From Bacillales bacterium UBA660 (lineage in GTDB: Bacteria > Bacillota_I > Bacilli_A > RF39 > UBA660), in the NCBI GenBank assembly GCA_002299475.1, contig DBNY01000020.1, positions 1 to 41,301 on the forward strand: a DNA stretch of 41,301 bases, written 5' to 3'. Below the pieces are notes generated by a model, which did no database searches, was not told the origin of the DNA, and saw nothing but the letters and a program-made list of their open reading frames with translations. The position numbers were made by a program, and so were the translations under genes. Below are positions 30,434 through 39,168 of this stretch, piece after piece (position 1 is the stretch's first letter; every line of letters begins with the position of its first letter).

Positions 30434-30556
30434 ATGAAAAAAATATGTGCTTTTGCATTATTGAGTATTGGATTATTGGCAGCAAATGCTGCCTCAACTG
30501 CTAGTGCTTGGTTACTTCTTGATGAGCCTGAGATGCCAAAAAGTTTAATCAATTAA
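30434..30556 (+). CDS. agrD: AgrD-type autoinducing-peptide precursor (40 aa; below the ORF-track size cutoff)
   Basis: AGGAGGTG (30421-30428), 5 nt, then ATG. The translation is MKKICAFALLSIGLLAANAASTASAWLLLDEPEMPKSLIN. It has a hydrophobic leader, a short core and the acidic AgrD recognition tail DEPEMPKSL. It starts 56 nt after agrB. Confidence 0.8.
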   Translation: MKKICAFALLSIGLLAANAASTASAWLLLDEPEMPKSLIN

Positions 30557-30578
30557 ATCAAAATATAAGCTAATTAAA

Positions 30579-30597
30579 AAACCCTATAAAAGGGTTT
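30579..30597. repeat. Left copy of the 19-bp target-site duplication
   Basis: AAACCCTATAAAAGGGTTT is identical to 32294-32312. It is itself a hairpin (AAACCCT/AGGGTTT). Confidence 0.85.
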
Positions 30598-32293
30598 CAG
30601 ACTGTTGACAAATAGATTAATATTTCAATCTATTTGTTCAATAGCCTTTTTTATTGATTGATTTATTAAACAAACGCGTGTTGATATTTATTTTTGATGT
30701 ATATCATACAGTTACAGGAGGGTGTAATGCAAATTTCTTCAAATTCATACATGCATAAAGGAGGGTGAGTTCTTGACTAACCCTTTCTTTAGTTCTAAAG
30801 TATGTCTTTCTAAGACCATACTTTTCTTTTCCGTCTGCATATATTCTTTCAATATGCTCAGGTCTCTGCCTGTATATTTTTTGAACATCTAAATGGTGTC
30901 TATAATCATTTGCCATATCCTTATATTCCTCCCAAATGTGTCTTAATACCTGTTTATATTTTGATTTTGTACATTTATTTTTAAATGTACATTTTCGACA
31001 ATCTTTTTCACAAGCTTTATAGATTATATATCCATTTTTGTTTATACCAGTTGGTATTAAATCCTTTTCATTAGGGCAAATATAAATATCGTTCTTTTCA
31101 TCATAAACAAATTCGTATTTCTTAAAATATCCTTTTTTGGTCATTGATCTTTTGTACGGGAATGTTGGCTTCATATTCAAATCTATTAAAGTTTTACATA
31201 TATGAGGGGTTACATAGGCTGCATCTCCTACAAAATATTTAATATTATTTATATCATACTTATTTAATAATTTATCAAACGAAGAATAGAATGCCATTGA
31301 ATCATGCATATTTGAAGGATTAACGTCAACCGTTAATATGTAATTATTGTTATCACATATTACTGAACTATTATACCCAAACATTTTTTCTTTCTCATTT
31401 TTATAAAGCATCCCAGCATCCGAATCAACATCACTTACTATTACTTCTTTTTCGCCCAATAATTCTTCAGTTGGTATTTCTTCATTACAGTTTATAATTT
31501 TTTGTATTTCTTCTAAATATTCTTCGTCACTTAAATCTTCATCCTTCAATCCTTTTAAAGCTATTTCTAATGATAAATCTTTTTGATATTTCTTCGCCTG
31601 TATTTTTACTATTTCCTTGTGATTCTTTTTCCTGTTGGCATATGCTTTAGTATTTGTTGAATCTATATATACGGCCGTCAAATCTAAATAATTATATTCT
31701 TCTAACAAGGCAATTACTTTATCAAATACTTTTTGTAGTATATCGTTCTCTAAGCGACTAAATTTTCTTTTATAATTTTGTGAATATGTTGAATGATCTG
31801 GCATTTCTTCGTTTAATTCATACCCTATAAACCACCTGTACAAATTGTTATATTTTAAAGTCTCATATGTTTTTCTTAAACTGTCTTCATTAAAAAGGAA
31901 CTTTAATATATGAATTTTAAATAGTACAACGGGATCTATACTTGGTCTTCCAAATACAGAGTATTGTTTTTCTACTTCTTCATATATAAAGTCCCAATCA
32001 AAATATTTATTTATTACTCTTAAAAAATGATTTTGAGGTATTATTTCGTCAAGATTTATTATTTCACTTTGATATATTGTTTTTGGTTTTTTGGTCATCA
32101 TATTTATCACTTGCCTTTCTTATATAACCCATATATATTATACCATTTTTTCCCTTATTTTTCAACGGATTACATAAAAAAATGTAAGAACTGCAAGCTT
32201 TAATTTTGGATTATATAAAGCGTTCTTACAATTTAATTATACATTATATCTTTAAAAAAGAAAAGACTATTGACTTACTTTGTCAACAGTCTG
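30598..32293 (-). mobile_element. IS1182-family-like insertion sequence, 1,696 bp
   Basis: Perfect 15-bp terminal inverted repeats: CAGACTGTTGACAAA (30598-30612) and TTTGTCAACAGTCTG (32279-32293). It is flanked by a 19-bp direct repeat and has a single transposase ORF. A subterminal 10-bp hairpin CAAATAGATT/AATCTATTTG lies at 30609-30636. Because the target is palindromic, the exact IR/TSD boundary could shift by up to 6 bp. Confidence 0.85.
30704..32110 (-). CDS. DDE transposase (IS1182/IS5 superfamily)
   Basis: 468 aa with an N-terminal DUF772-type region (FGRPSIDPVVLFKIHILKFLF...SLRKTYETLKYNNLYRWFIG). The C-terminal region has ERIYADGKEKYGLRKTYFRTKERV...ACMNLKKFA. The length fits IS1182 better than IS5. 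Confidence 0.8.
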   Translation of the reverse strand: MINMMTKKPKTIYQSEIINLDEIIPQNHFLRVINKYFDWDFIYEEVEKQYSVFGRPSIDPVVLFKIHILKFLFNEDSLRKTYETLKYNNLYRWFIGYELNEEMPDHSTYSQNYKRKFSRLENDILQKVFDKVIALLEEYNYLDLTAVYIDSTNTKAYANRKKNHKEIVKIQAKKYQKDLSLEIALKGLKDEDLSDEEYLEEIQKIINCNEEIPTEELLGEKEVIVSDVDSDAGMLYKNEKEKMFGYNSSVICDNNNYILTVDVNPSNMHDSMAFYSSFDKLLNKYDINNIKYFVGDAAYVTPHICKTLIDLNMKPTFPYKRSMTKKGYFKKYEFVYDEKNDIYICPNEKDLIPTGINKNGYIIYKACEKDCRKCTFKNKCTKSKYKQVLRHIWEEYKDMANDYRHHLDVQKIYRQRPEHIERIYADGKEKYGLRKTYFRTKERVSQELTLLYACMNLKKFALHPPVTV

Positions 32294-32312
32294 AAACCCT
32301 ATAAAAGGGTTT
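32294..32312. repeat. Right copy of the 19-bp target-site duplication
   Basis: AAACCCTATAAAAGGGTTT. It contains the TAG stop (32299-32301) and the last five codons (K-K-T-L-L) of the agrC-like gene. Confidence 0.85.
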
Positions 32313-33627
32313 TTTTATCGTTTACTTTTATTTCTAAATATTGGATATACAAACCATTAGTAATTTCCCTACTTTGAAAAAACTTTGGGTTTTTCTTGAT
32401 AATTGATTTTACTAAAGATAGCCCATAACCTCTTCCAACACCCTTAGTTGAATAACCACTTTTATCAAATTTATCAACCTTTAATTTGCCAACAAAAGTA
32501 TTGGCTATCGCTATCTTTATATTGTTGTTTTCAAAATAAAATTCAATCCCTATTTGCTTCTTTTGGCAAAGTTGTACCGCCTCTATAGCATTATCTAAAT
32601 AAACACCTAAAACAGTACATAAATCTCTATAATCATTAATATTTATTTTAAGAAATTCTTCTTTCTTCAACTCTTTACTAATATCTAATGATAAATTTAT
32701 ATTCTCATTTCTCATTTGGGCGATTTTATAGTATATAAGTCCTTGTAATCCTCCCTTTGGAATTTTGTTTATTTTAATTAACCACAAATCCTCTAGCACA
32801 GTCGCATTTGATAATATGCCTTGTATATATTCTAATGCCCTCTTATTGCTCTTTGCTATCAAGCTTTTTATTACTATTAACTGATTTTTATTTTCATGAT
32901 TTTTAATTATTTCTCTTTCCATCCAGTCCTCAAAAGTCTTCACGTAATTAACCAATTGTTCATATTTGCATGTTAATTCCTGACTTTTAATATATTCAAA
33001 CATAAATATAAAAAAAATCACTATAAGAGCTACAATTAGTAAAATATTTATAAACAAGCTATTATTTAAGTGAAAATTACTACCCACTTTAGAAAATAAT
33101 ATTCCAAGAATAATAATTTCCATCAAAACGAACAATATGGTTATAGTTTTTCTTTGATTATTAACTATTCTTAATAATTTTACCAATACTTGTCTAATTT
33201 TGCTTATTTGCAAAAGATAAAACGCAATACCACACACTAATGTATTTATTAATGAATAAACTACTGTGCCTCCATCTCTAATATGATTAATATCAAAATT
33301 AAAAACAAATATAATAATCAAAATTAAGATAATCTCAGCAAGTGACTTTAAAATTATTACAATAAATGATAAAACTACTGCTTTTTCAATTGGTATTTTA
33401 AATACATAACCATAACTATAACTGATGATTATAAAAATTATTAAGGTTGTTGTAAAATCATATTGTATTTGGCTGAATAGTGTAATTAATAATGCTGTAA
33501 ATAAAATTATTATTAAATTTTCATTATATAAATTAACTTTTTTATGTGACAATTTAGAAACGATTAAAATCCCTACAATAGTTGTTAATAGACCCCCGAA
33601 TAAAAACTTATTAACAAATTCTAACAT
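32299..33627 (-). CDS. agrC: AgrC-like (HPK10 family) membrane histidine kinase
   Basis: 442 aa with ~6-7 N-terminal TM helices and a candidate H-box IIKNHENKNQL. It also has an N-box YLDNAIEA and a G-box GVGRGYGLSLVKSI. It overlaps the upstream response-regulator gene by 17 nt. Confidence 0.8.
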   Translation of the reverse strand: MLEFVNKFLFGGLLTTIVGILIVSKLSHKKVNLYNENLIIILFTALLITLFSQIQYDFTTTLIIFIIISYSYGYVFKIPIEKAVVLSFIVIILKSLAEIILILIIIFVFNFDINHIRDGGTVVYSLINTLVCGIAFYLLQISKIRQVLVKLLRIVNNQRKTITILFVLMEIIILGILFSKVGSNFHLNNSLFINILLIVALIVIFFIFMFEYIKSQELTCKYEQLVNYVKTFEDWMEREIIKNHENKNQLIVIKSLIAKSNKRALEYIQGILSNATVLEDLWLIKINKIPKGGLQGLIYYKIAQMRNENINLSLDISKELKKEEFLKININDYRDLCTVLGVYLDNAIEAVQLCQKKQIGIEFYFENNNIKIAIANTFVGKLKVDKFDKSGYSTKGVGRGYGLSLVKSIIKKNPKFFQSREITNGLYIQYLEIKVNDKKTLL

Positions 33628-34330
33628 GTTCCTTTAGTCCTTTCTTTTTCCCCCTAGCTAATAAATATAAATGCTCATTATTATTAAAAGTAATTTTCCC
33701 GTCCTTAAAATCGATTTTTTTAATGTAGTCTTTATTTACTATACAACTTCTATGACTTTGAAAAAATCTACTATCTAACTTTTCCATTATACTTGATATA
33801 TTATCACAAACACTATACTCCGCATATATGGTCCTAATAACTGATTTTCGTTCAATAGTATCCTTAATTATATAAATTATATCGTCATATTTTATTTTAT
33901 ATAAAATACTGCCATTTTCAAAAATTAAAGACTTCTTATGTTCTAATATTTTAATAGCTATTTCTAAAGAACTCTTTAATCGTTCTTCAAAATTAATATA
34001 CTTTGAAATAAAATCTAATAGCATTAATCTGCTCTTTATCGCCTCTAATCCCAACTCATAATGAGCGGTCACAATAATTATAATGCTATTCCAATCTTTT
34101 TCCCTTATTTTTCGAGCGATGTCAAGACCTGATCTAGATGACAATTCAATATCTAATATGTAAATTTTTTTTATGTTTGTCTGTTCTATTATTTTTTTTA
34201 CTTTATTATTATAATCATCAAACTCATGAATAATATAATCAAGATCTTGAGGCATCATTGTCTTTGTTATTAAATTCGTTATGTTCTCTTTTATGTTTTT
34301 ATCATCTTCACATACCACAAAATTAAACAT
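33611..34330 (-). CDS. agrA: LytTR-family response regulator (AgrA-like)
   Basis: Receiver domain (FVVCEDD...ILDIELSSRSGLDIARKIRE) plus a LytTR DNA-binding domain (FFQSHRSCIVNKDYIKKID). I prefer the start ATG 34330 (MFNFVVCEDD). The track start at 34342 is a TTG abutting GGGG. Confidence 0.85.
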   Translation of the reverse strand: MFNFVVCEDDKNIKENITNLITKTMMPQDLDYIIHEFDDYNNKVKKIIEQTNIKKIYILDIELSSRSGLDIARKIREKDWNSIIIIVTAHYELGLEAIKSRLMLLDFISKYINFEERLKSSLEIAIKILEHKKSLIFENGSILYKIKYDDIIYIIKDTIERKSVIRTIYAEYSVCDNISSIMEKLDSRFFQSHRSCIVNKDYIKKIDFKDGKITFNNNEHLYLLARGKKKGLKEHVRIC

Positions 34331-34415
34331 TAAATAAATCAACCCCTTTTTGTTTGCTTTACGCTACTATAATAATACCATATTTTTACAATTTGTGCCA
34401 AATAAAAACAACCAC

Positions 34416-35489
34416 TTATTTATGGCTATTTTTATAATTAATTATTTTATTTTTTATATTATTCTTCTCGCTTATTATACTAGTTGTAAAGATGATAATC
34501 AGTACTATTATTAGGATAATCCCATACATTATTTTACCTAAATATGGATTTTTTAAAATGTAAATTACAGATGCTACTGCAAATAAAATATTAATTAAAT
34601 ACATTATTACTACTGTTGAACGATGACTATATTTCATTTTTAATATTTGATGATGCAAATGTTCTTTATCTGGTTTAGAAATAGCTTCTCTTTTTAGAAA
34701 TCTTCTTATAATGGCAAAAATAGTATCCATAATAGGCACTCCAAGAATTAATATAGGGATAATAAATGAGGTTAAAGTTATATTTTTAAATCCTAATAAT
34801 GATATAACCGAAATAATAAAACCTAAAAACATAGAACCTGTGTCACCTAAAAATATTTTAGCTGGATAAAAATTATGCACTAGAAATCCTAGAGTAGAAC
34901 CCAACATAATGAAACTCAATACTACATCTAAACCATTCATTTTTCCCAATATTATTGCTATTATTCCTACCGTTAAAAAGAAAATAGAACTAACGCCTGC
35001 TGCTAACCCATCTAATCCATCAACTAGATTGATAGAATTAATTATCGCCAAAATAAATAGTACCGTAATTGGAAAGCCAAACACACCAAAATTAAGGGTG
35101 ATGTCAAAAGCATTTATTTCAGTTATAATCATTCTTCCATAGAAAACAATAACTAATGCAGCAATAATTTGACCGGCTAATTTGGTTGTTGGTTTTAGCG
35201 ATTTTATATCATCAACAACTCCTGTTAATACAATTATAAAACTACCTATAAGAATTGAATTCATTTGTATACTTTGTTTAGAAAAAAACATATACCCAAT
35301 TAAAAAACCAAAGAAAATAGCAAGACCACCCAGTCTTGGCATTTCTTTTTTGTGTACTTTTCTCTTATTAGGTTTATCAATAGCTCCAATGTGAATAGCA
35401 ATATCTTTAATAAATGGTACCAAAACTGCTGATATTAAGAAGGTTGTTAATACTATATTTAATACCAATAAAATACTGAACTGCCTCAT
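34416..35489 (-). CDS. tagO: Polyprenyl-phosphate N-acetylhexosamine-1-phosphate transferase (MraY/WecA family; TagO-like)
   Basis: 357 aa, ~10-11 TM helices, NLVDGLDGLA and FLGDTGSMFLGF motifs. The specific sugar is not readable from sequence. Confidence 0.8.
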   Translation of the reverse strand: MRQFSILLVLNIVLTTFLISAVLVPFIKDIAIHIGAIDKPNKRKVHKKEMPRLGGLAIFFGFLIGYMFFSKQSIQMNSILIGSFIIVLTGVVDDIKSLKPTTKLAGQIIAALVIVFYGRMIITEINAFDITLNFGVFGFPITVLFILAIINSINLVDGLDGLAAGVSSIFFLTVGIIAIILGKMNGLDVVLSFIMLGSTLGFLVHNFYPAKIFLGDTGSMFLGFIISVISLLGFKNITLTSFIIPILILGVPIMDTIFAIIRRFLKREAISKPDKEHLHHQILKMKYSHRSTVVIMYLINILFAVASVIYILKNPYLGKIMYGIILIIVLIIIFTTSIISEKNNIKNKIINYKNSHK

Positions 35490-35509
35490 AATACTTCCAC
35501 TCCATCATT

Positions 35510-36499
35510 TCATCTATCTATCAAATGTAAATTTTCTAATAATATCCCAGTTCCCTCAGCAACACATGTAAGAGGGCTATCTGCGATAAATACTGGCACT
35601 TTCAATTCGTGCGATAATAGCTTATCAATACCATCAATTAATGCGCCACCACCTGTAATAACAATACCTTTATCAATTATATCAGCTGATAATTCGGGCG
35701 GCGTTTGTTCTAATACGCCTTTTGTCGCATGAATAATAATATATACACTTTCTCTTAATGATTCTTCAACCTCATCAGAAGTAACCGTTATAGTATGAGG
35801 AAGCCCCGTTACTAAATCTCTGCCTCTTACTTCCATTTTTTCCTTTTTAGAACCTGGATAAACAGTACCAATTGTTTTTTTTATTTCTTCTGCCGTTCTT
35901 TCCCCAATTAGTAATTTATATTTATCTTTAATATATTTGGTAATATCATTATCAAACGTATGTCCAGCCACTTTAATCGAAGCACTTGTTACAATACCAC
36001 CCAAAGACAATATAGCTATGTCAGTAGTGCCTCCTCCAATATCTATTACCATATTGCCGCTTGGTTTTGATATATCCATCCCAGCACCAATAGCAGCCAC
36101 TTTAGGCTCCTCTTCTAAAAAAACCTTTCTTGCGCCGGTTCTTTCCGCTGCTTCCTTTATAGCATTTTTTTCTACTTGCGTTATATTAGATGGACAACAA
36201 ATTAATATTCTAGGTCTAGAAAAAAAATTCTTACCATTAACTTTTTTAATAAAATGATTAAGCATTATTTCCGTTATTTCAAAATCAGCAATAACGCCAT
36301 CTTTCATTGGTTTAATCGCCTTTACTTTGCCAGGAGTTCTACCCAACATCTCATGTGCATCAATTCCTACTGCAAGCGGTCTTTTAGTGTCAGAATCTAT
36401 CGCTACTACACTAGGCTCATTCAATACTACCCCTTGACCCTTGATAAAAATTAATACATTAGCAGTACCAAGATCAATTCCTATATCCTTTGCAAACAT
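35510..36499 (-). CDS. mreB: Rod-shape-determining actin homologue MreB/Mbl
   Basis: DIGIDLGTANVLI and IDIGGGTTDIA. I prefer the start ATG 36499, which follows GGGAGA. Its position next to spoIIID matches mbl in Bacillus and Clostridium. Confidence 0.93.
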   Translation of the reverse strand: MFAKDIGIDLGTANVLIFIKGQGVVLNEPSVVAIDSDTKRPLAVGIDAHEMLGRTPGKVKAIKPMKDGVIADFEITEIMLNHFIKKVNGKNFFSRPRILICCPSNITQVEKNAIKEAAERTGARKVFLEEEPKVAAIGAGMDISKPSGNMVIDIGGGTTDIAILSLGGIVTSASIKVAGHTFDNDITKYIKDKYKLLIGERTAEEIKKTIGTVYPGSKKEKMEVRGRDLVTGLPHTITVTSDEVEESLRESVYIIIHATKGVLEQTPPELSADIIDKGIVITGGGALIDGIDKLLSHELKVPVFIADSPLTCVAEGTGILLENLHLIDR

Positions 36500-36569
36500 A
36501 AACGCATCTCCCATCGTTATTACTAATAAATTATAATTATTTTAACATATTTAGGAATATATTGGTAGT

Positions 36570-36824
36570 TTATTTTGCTAAATTCAAATACTTATTTCTA
36601 GTAGATTGTCCACCTCTAATATGTCTTACGTTAATATGATATTTTAATATTTTATCTACTTCGTAATATAATTTTATATCTATTTTTTTTAATCTTTCTT
36701 GTAAATCTTTATGAACAGTACTTTTACTCACCCTATATACTTTAGCTATTTCTCGTATCGTACTACTAGTTTTCAAAATATATAATGTTTCATCTAATAC
36801 TCTTTCCTTTATTTCTCTTTTCAA
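36570..36824 (-). CDS. spoIIID: Sporulation transcriptional regulator SpoIIID
   Basis: 84 aa with a TTG start after GAGGGTGA. IKERV...IREIAKVYRVSKSTVHKDLQERL...HIRGGQSTRNKY aligns along its length with B. subtilis SpoIIID (from memory). Confidence 0.9.
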   Translation of the reverse strand: MKREIKERVLDETLYILKTSSTIREIAKVYRVSKSTVHKDLQERLKKIDIKLYYEVDKILKYHINVRHIRGGQSTRNKYLNLAK

Positions 36825-36875
36825 AAGCTCACCCTCTTCAATAAATTATATTGACTGAAGGTTTTTTTATTCATT

Positions 36876-36896
36876 AAAAAAGGCTTATAACGCCTT
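36876..36896 (-). terminator. Short terminator after the spoIIQ-like gene
   Basis: The minus strand reads AAGGC-GTTATAA-GCCTT followed by TTTTT. Confidence 0.45.
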
Positions 36897-36900
36897 GTAA

Positions 36901-37527
36901 CTATTCTATTTTCTTATCAAAATAATCAAGAGGATTAACTACTTGTCCCTTATAAAAAAGTTCAAAATGTAGATGATCCTTTAAATCCTTAGAAATATTA
37001 GATAATCCACTTTTGCCAATCACCTGGCCTCTAAGAACATTATCTCTTTTTTTGACTTTCATTTCTGACAAGCTCTGATAAACACTAATCATTTCATTAT
37101 TATGCCTTATTTCAATAGTTTTACCTAATAAAGGGTCTTCACTAACATTGATTACCGTTCCATCTAAAATAGCAATAACATCAAAATTTGGTACCCCCCC
37201 AAAATCAATGCCGGAATTTTGCATATACATATTATCATGATATATTAAAGAGTTTTCTTGCTTTTGTTTATCATCTAAATAACTATAAAAGTTTCTAACT
37301 ATCTTAACGTTAGAATCGGTAAAAGGCCTTAACATTGTATTATTTCTGCCCACAACAGGAATCTCATTATCTAATAAATTTTTCATTACATAAATATATA
37401 ACCTATCTTTATCATTAGATTTCCTAGTAAAAGTTCCCTCAATTAAAAATATACTAATTAAAACAACTAAAATTAAACTAAGGTACATGATTGATACTAA
37501 GTTTTTTCTTATCTTTTTCTTTATCAT
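36901..37527 (-). CDS. spoIIQ: SpoIIQ-like membrane-anchored degenerate LytM (M23) domain protein
   Basis: 208 aa with an N-terminal TM helix (LVSIMYLSLILVVLISIFLI). The M23 domain retains HLHFE, but NSGID replaces the HxxxD motif. It lies between spoIID and spoIIID, the arrangement I recall for Clostridioides difficile. Confidence 0.6.
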   Translation of the reverse strand: MIKKKIRKNLVSIMYLSLILVVLISIFLIEGTFTRKSNDKDRLYIYVMKNLLDNEIPVVGRNNTMLRPFTDSNVKIVRNFYSYLDDKQKQENSLIYHDNMYMQNSGIDFGGVPNFDVIAILDGTVINVSEDPLLGKTIEIRHNNEMISVYQSLSEMKVKKRDNVLRGQVIGKSGLSNISKDLKDHLHFELFYKGQVVNPLDYFDKKIE

Positions 37528-37584
37528 ATTTTATTCACCTCTATTAAAAGTTTTAACATAATGAATAAAATATATACATGGTTT

Positions 37585-38511
37585 TTAGTTTTTTTGAATA
37601 AGTACATCTTTATAATAATGCATTAATATTTCTTTATAATTATAACCATTTAAAGCCATTCCATTAGCTCCATATTGGCTCATACCAACGCCATGACCAA
37701 ATCCCAAAGTATCTATGTATACTAATTTTTTATCTTGAACTATATTAAAATCAGTTGACCTAATACCTAATTTTTGACGTATTTCCACACCTTCATATCT
37801 TCGACCGTTAATTTTTATTTCTTGTATTCGCCCAGTTGATGATTTATTTATAATTTCAATATTAATTTTACTTTTATAGGGCAACCCTAATTTATTATAA
37901 AATTCATCAATATTCATTATTAATTGATGATTAAATGCCGAAGATGTTTCCTTATCCCAAATTGATTCAACACTTCTTAGGTAAGGCGATTTAAAAGTAA
38001 AAACATTTTCACTATTTTCTGTAAACCCATTACTTGTTGAAAAATAAAGAGCGTCGATAATTTCTCCATTATAGGTAACAATTTCACCTTTTGTTTCATC
38101 GATTGCTTTTTCTAATTTTGATATTTTACTAGCATAATCTTCTTTCCATTTTTCTTTTAAATAATTATCATCTAAATATACTTGATTTTTTACTGTATCT
38201 ATTACGTCATAATCCATATCGTTATTATTTAATACTCTTCTTAATACATAACTTCTAGCCGCTACCGCTTGCGCCTTCAATGCCTCAATTTCAAAGCTAA
38301 CAGGCATTTCTCCTGCTAACACTCCTACTATATAATCTTCTAAAGGAACAACATCAATTATATTAGTTTCATTCCTTTTTATTCGTACATTAATATTATT
38401 AATAATAAGTTTATATTTATAATCATCTTTCTTATTTATTGTAAATAAAAAATTAACCACCACAACAGTAGTTAATAATACTAAACTAATTAATAATAAA
38501 AGTCTCTTCAT
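37585..38511 (-). CDS. spoIID: Stage II sporulation protein D (lytic transglycosylase)
   Basis: SpoIID/LytB motifs AQAVAARSYVLRR, FSTSNGFTENSENVF and GHGVGMSQYGANGMA. I prefer the start ATG 38511 (MKRLLLLISL), which follows GGGGATGA. Confidence 0.9.
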   Translation of the reverse strand: MKRLLLLISLVLLTTVVVVNFLFTINKKDDYKYKLIINNINVRIKRNETNIIDVVPLEDYIVGVLAGEMPVSFEIEALKAQAVAARSYVLRRVLNNNDMDYDVIDTVKNQVYLDDNYLKEKWKEDYASKISKLEKAIDETKGEIVTYNGEIIDALYFSTSNGFTENSENVFTFKSPYLRSVESIWDKETSSAFNHQLIMNIDEFYNKLGLPYKSKINIEIINKSSTGRIQEIKINGRRYEGVEIRQKLGIRSTDFNIVQDKKLVYIDTLGFGHGVGMSQYGANGMALNGYNYKEILMHYYKDVLIQKN

Positions 38512-38527
38512 AGTATCATCCCCATTA

Positions 38528-38725
38528 TCAGTATATTCTAGATACTTCAAAAAAATCATATAAAAAATTTACTGCTAAATAGGAAACTGATATTGCAATT
38601 AATAAATATATTATTCTCGCCTCCATATATTTACTTTTTTTAAATATAAAATTAATATTTAGTCCATCTAAAGCCCATATTGTTAATGGCGTTATTATTA
38701 AATATAATATTAATTTTATATTCAT
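38528..38725 (-). CDS. Small two-TM membrane protein (DUF1146 / YwzB-like)
   Basis: 65 aa with an ATGA overlap to the rpiB stop. The family call rests on size, topology and spoIID-proximal context. Confidence 0.5.
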   Translation of the reverse strand: MNIKLILYLIITPLTIWALDGLNINFIFKKSKYMEARIIYLLIAISVSYLAVNFLYDFFEVSRIY

Positions 38726-39168
38726 AAATTATCATTTTCTATTTTATTTATTTTATTAATTCTTATAATGTGTCTTTCTTCATTAGAAAAGTCAGTTGTT
38801 AAAAATTTTTCAATCACCTGAATTGCAATTTCAAATTTTAAATCACCATTAATTGCAATCACGTTAGCATTATTATGAAATCTAGATAATTCTGCTTCAA
38901 GAATGTTATTTACTTTTGCACATCTAATGCCTTTTATTTTATTACACGCTATAGATATTCCAATCCCTGTACCACATATTAGAATGCCCATTACTATATT
39001 ATTATCCTTAATTGCATCGCCAATCTTTAATGCATAATCTGGAAAATCAACCATTTCTGTTGAATCAGTGCCATAATTAATAACATTATATCCTAGTTCA
39101 ATTAAAATTTCTGCTATTTTTTGTTTTAATTCGTATCCTTTATGATCGCTTGCAATGCCTACATTCAT
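38722..39168 (-). CDS. rpiB: Ribose-5-phosphate isomerase B
   Basis: 148 aa with MNVGIASDHKGYELK and ILICGTGIGISIACNK. Confidence 0.92.
   Translation of the reverse strand: MNVGIASDHKGYELKQKIAEILIELGYNVINYGTDSTEMVDFPDYALKIGDAIKDNNIVMGILICGTGIGISIACNKIKGIRCAKVNNILEAELSRFHNNANVIAINGDLKFEIAIQVIEKFLTTDFSNEERHIIRINKINKIENDNL

Noticed and set aside
30116-30552. Minus-strand ORFs 30116-30337 (73 aa) and 30370-30552 (60 aa).
   Set aside because: They are antisense to agrB and to the strongly supported agrD (SD plus the DEPEMPKSL tail).
1790-36454. About 30 plus-strand track ORFs of 60-141 aa lying inside minus-strand genes, for example 6035-6442, 12136-12561, 14919-15293, 19421-19732 and 35937-36257.
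   Set aside because: All lie wholly within well-supported genes on the opposite strand. They encode Ile/Leu/Ser/Phe-rich low-complexity products typical of antisense frames in AT-rich DNA, and none has a convincing SD.
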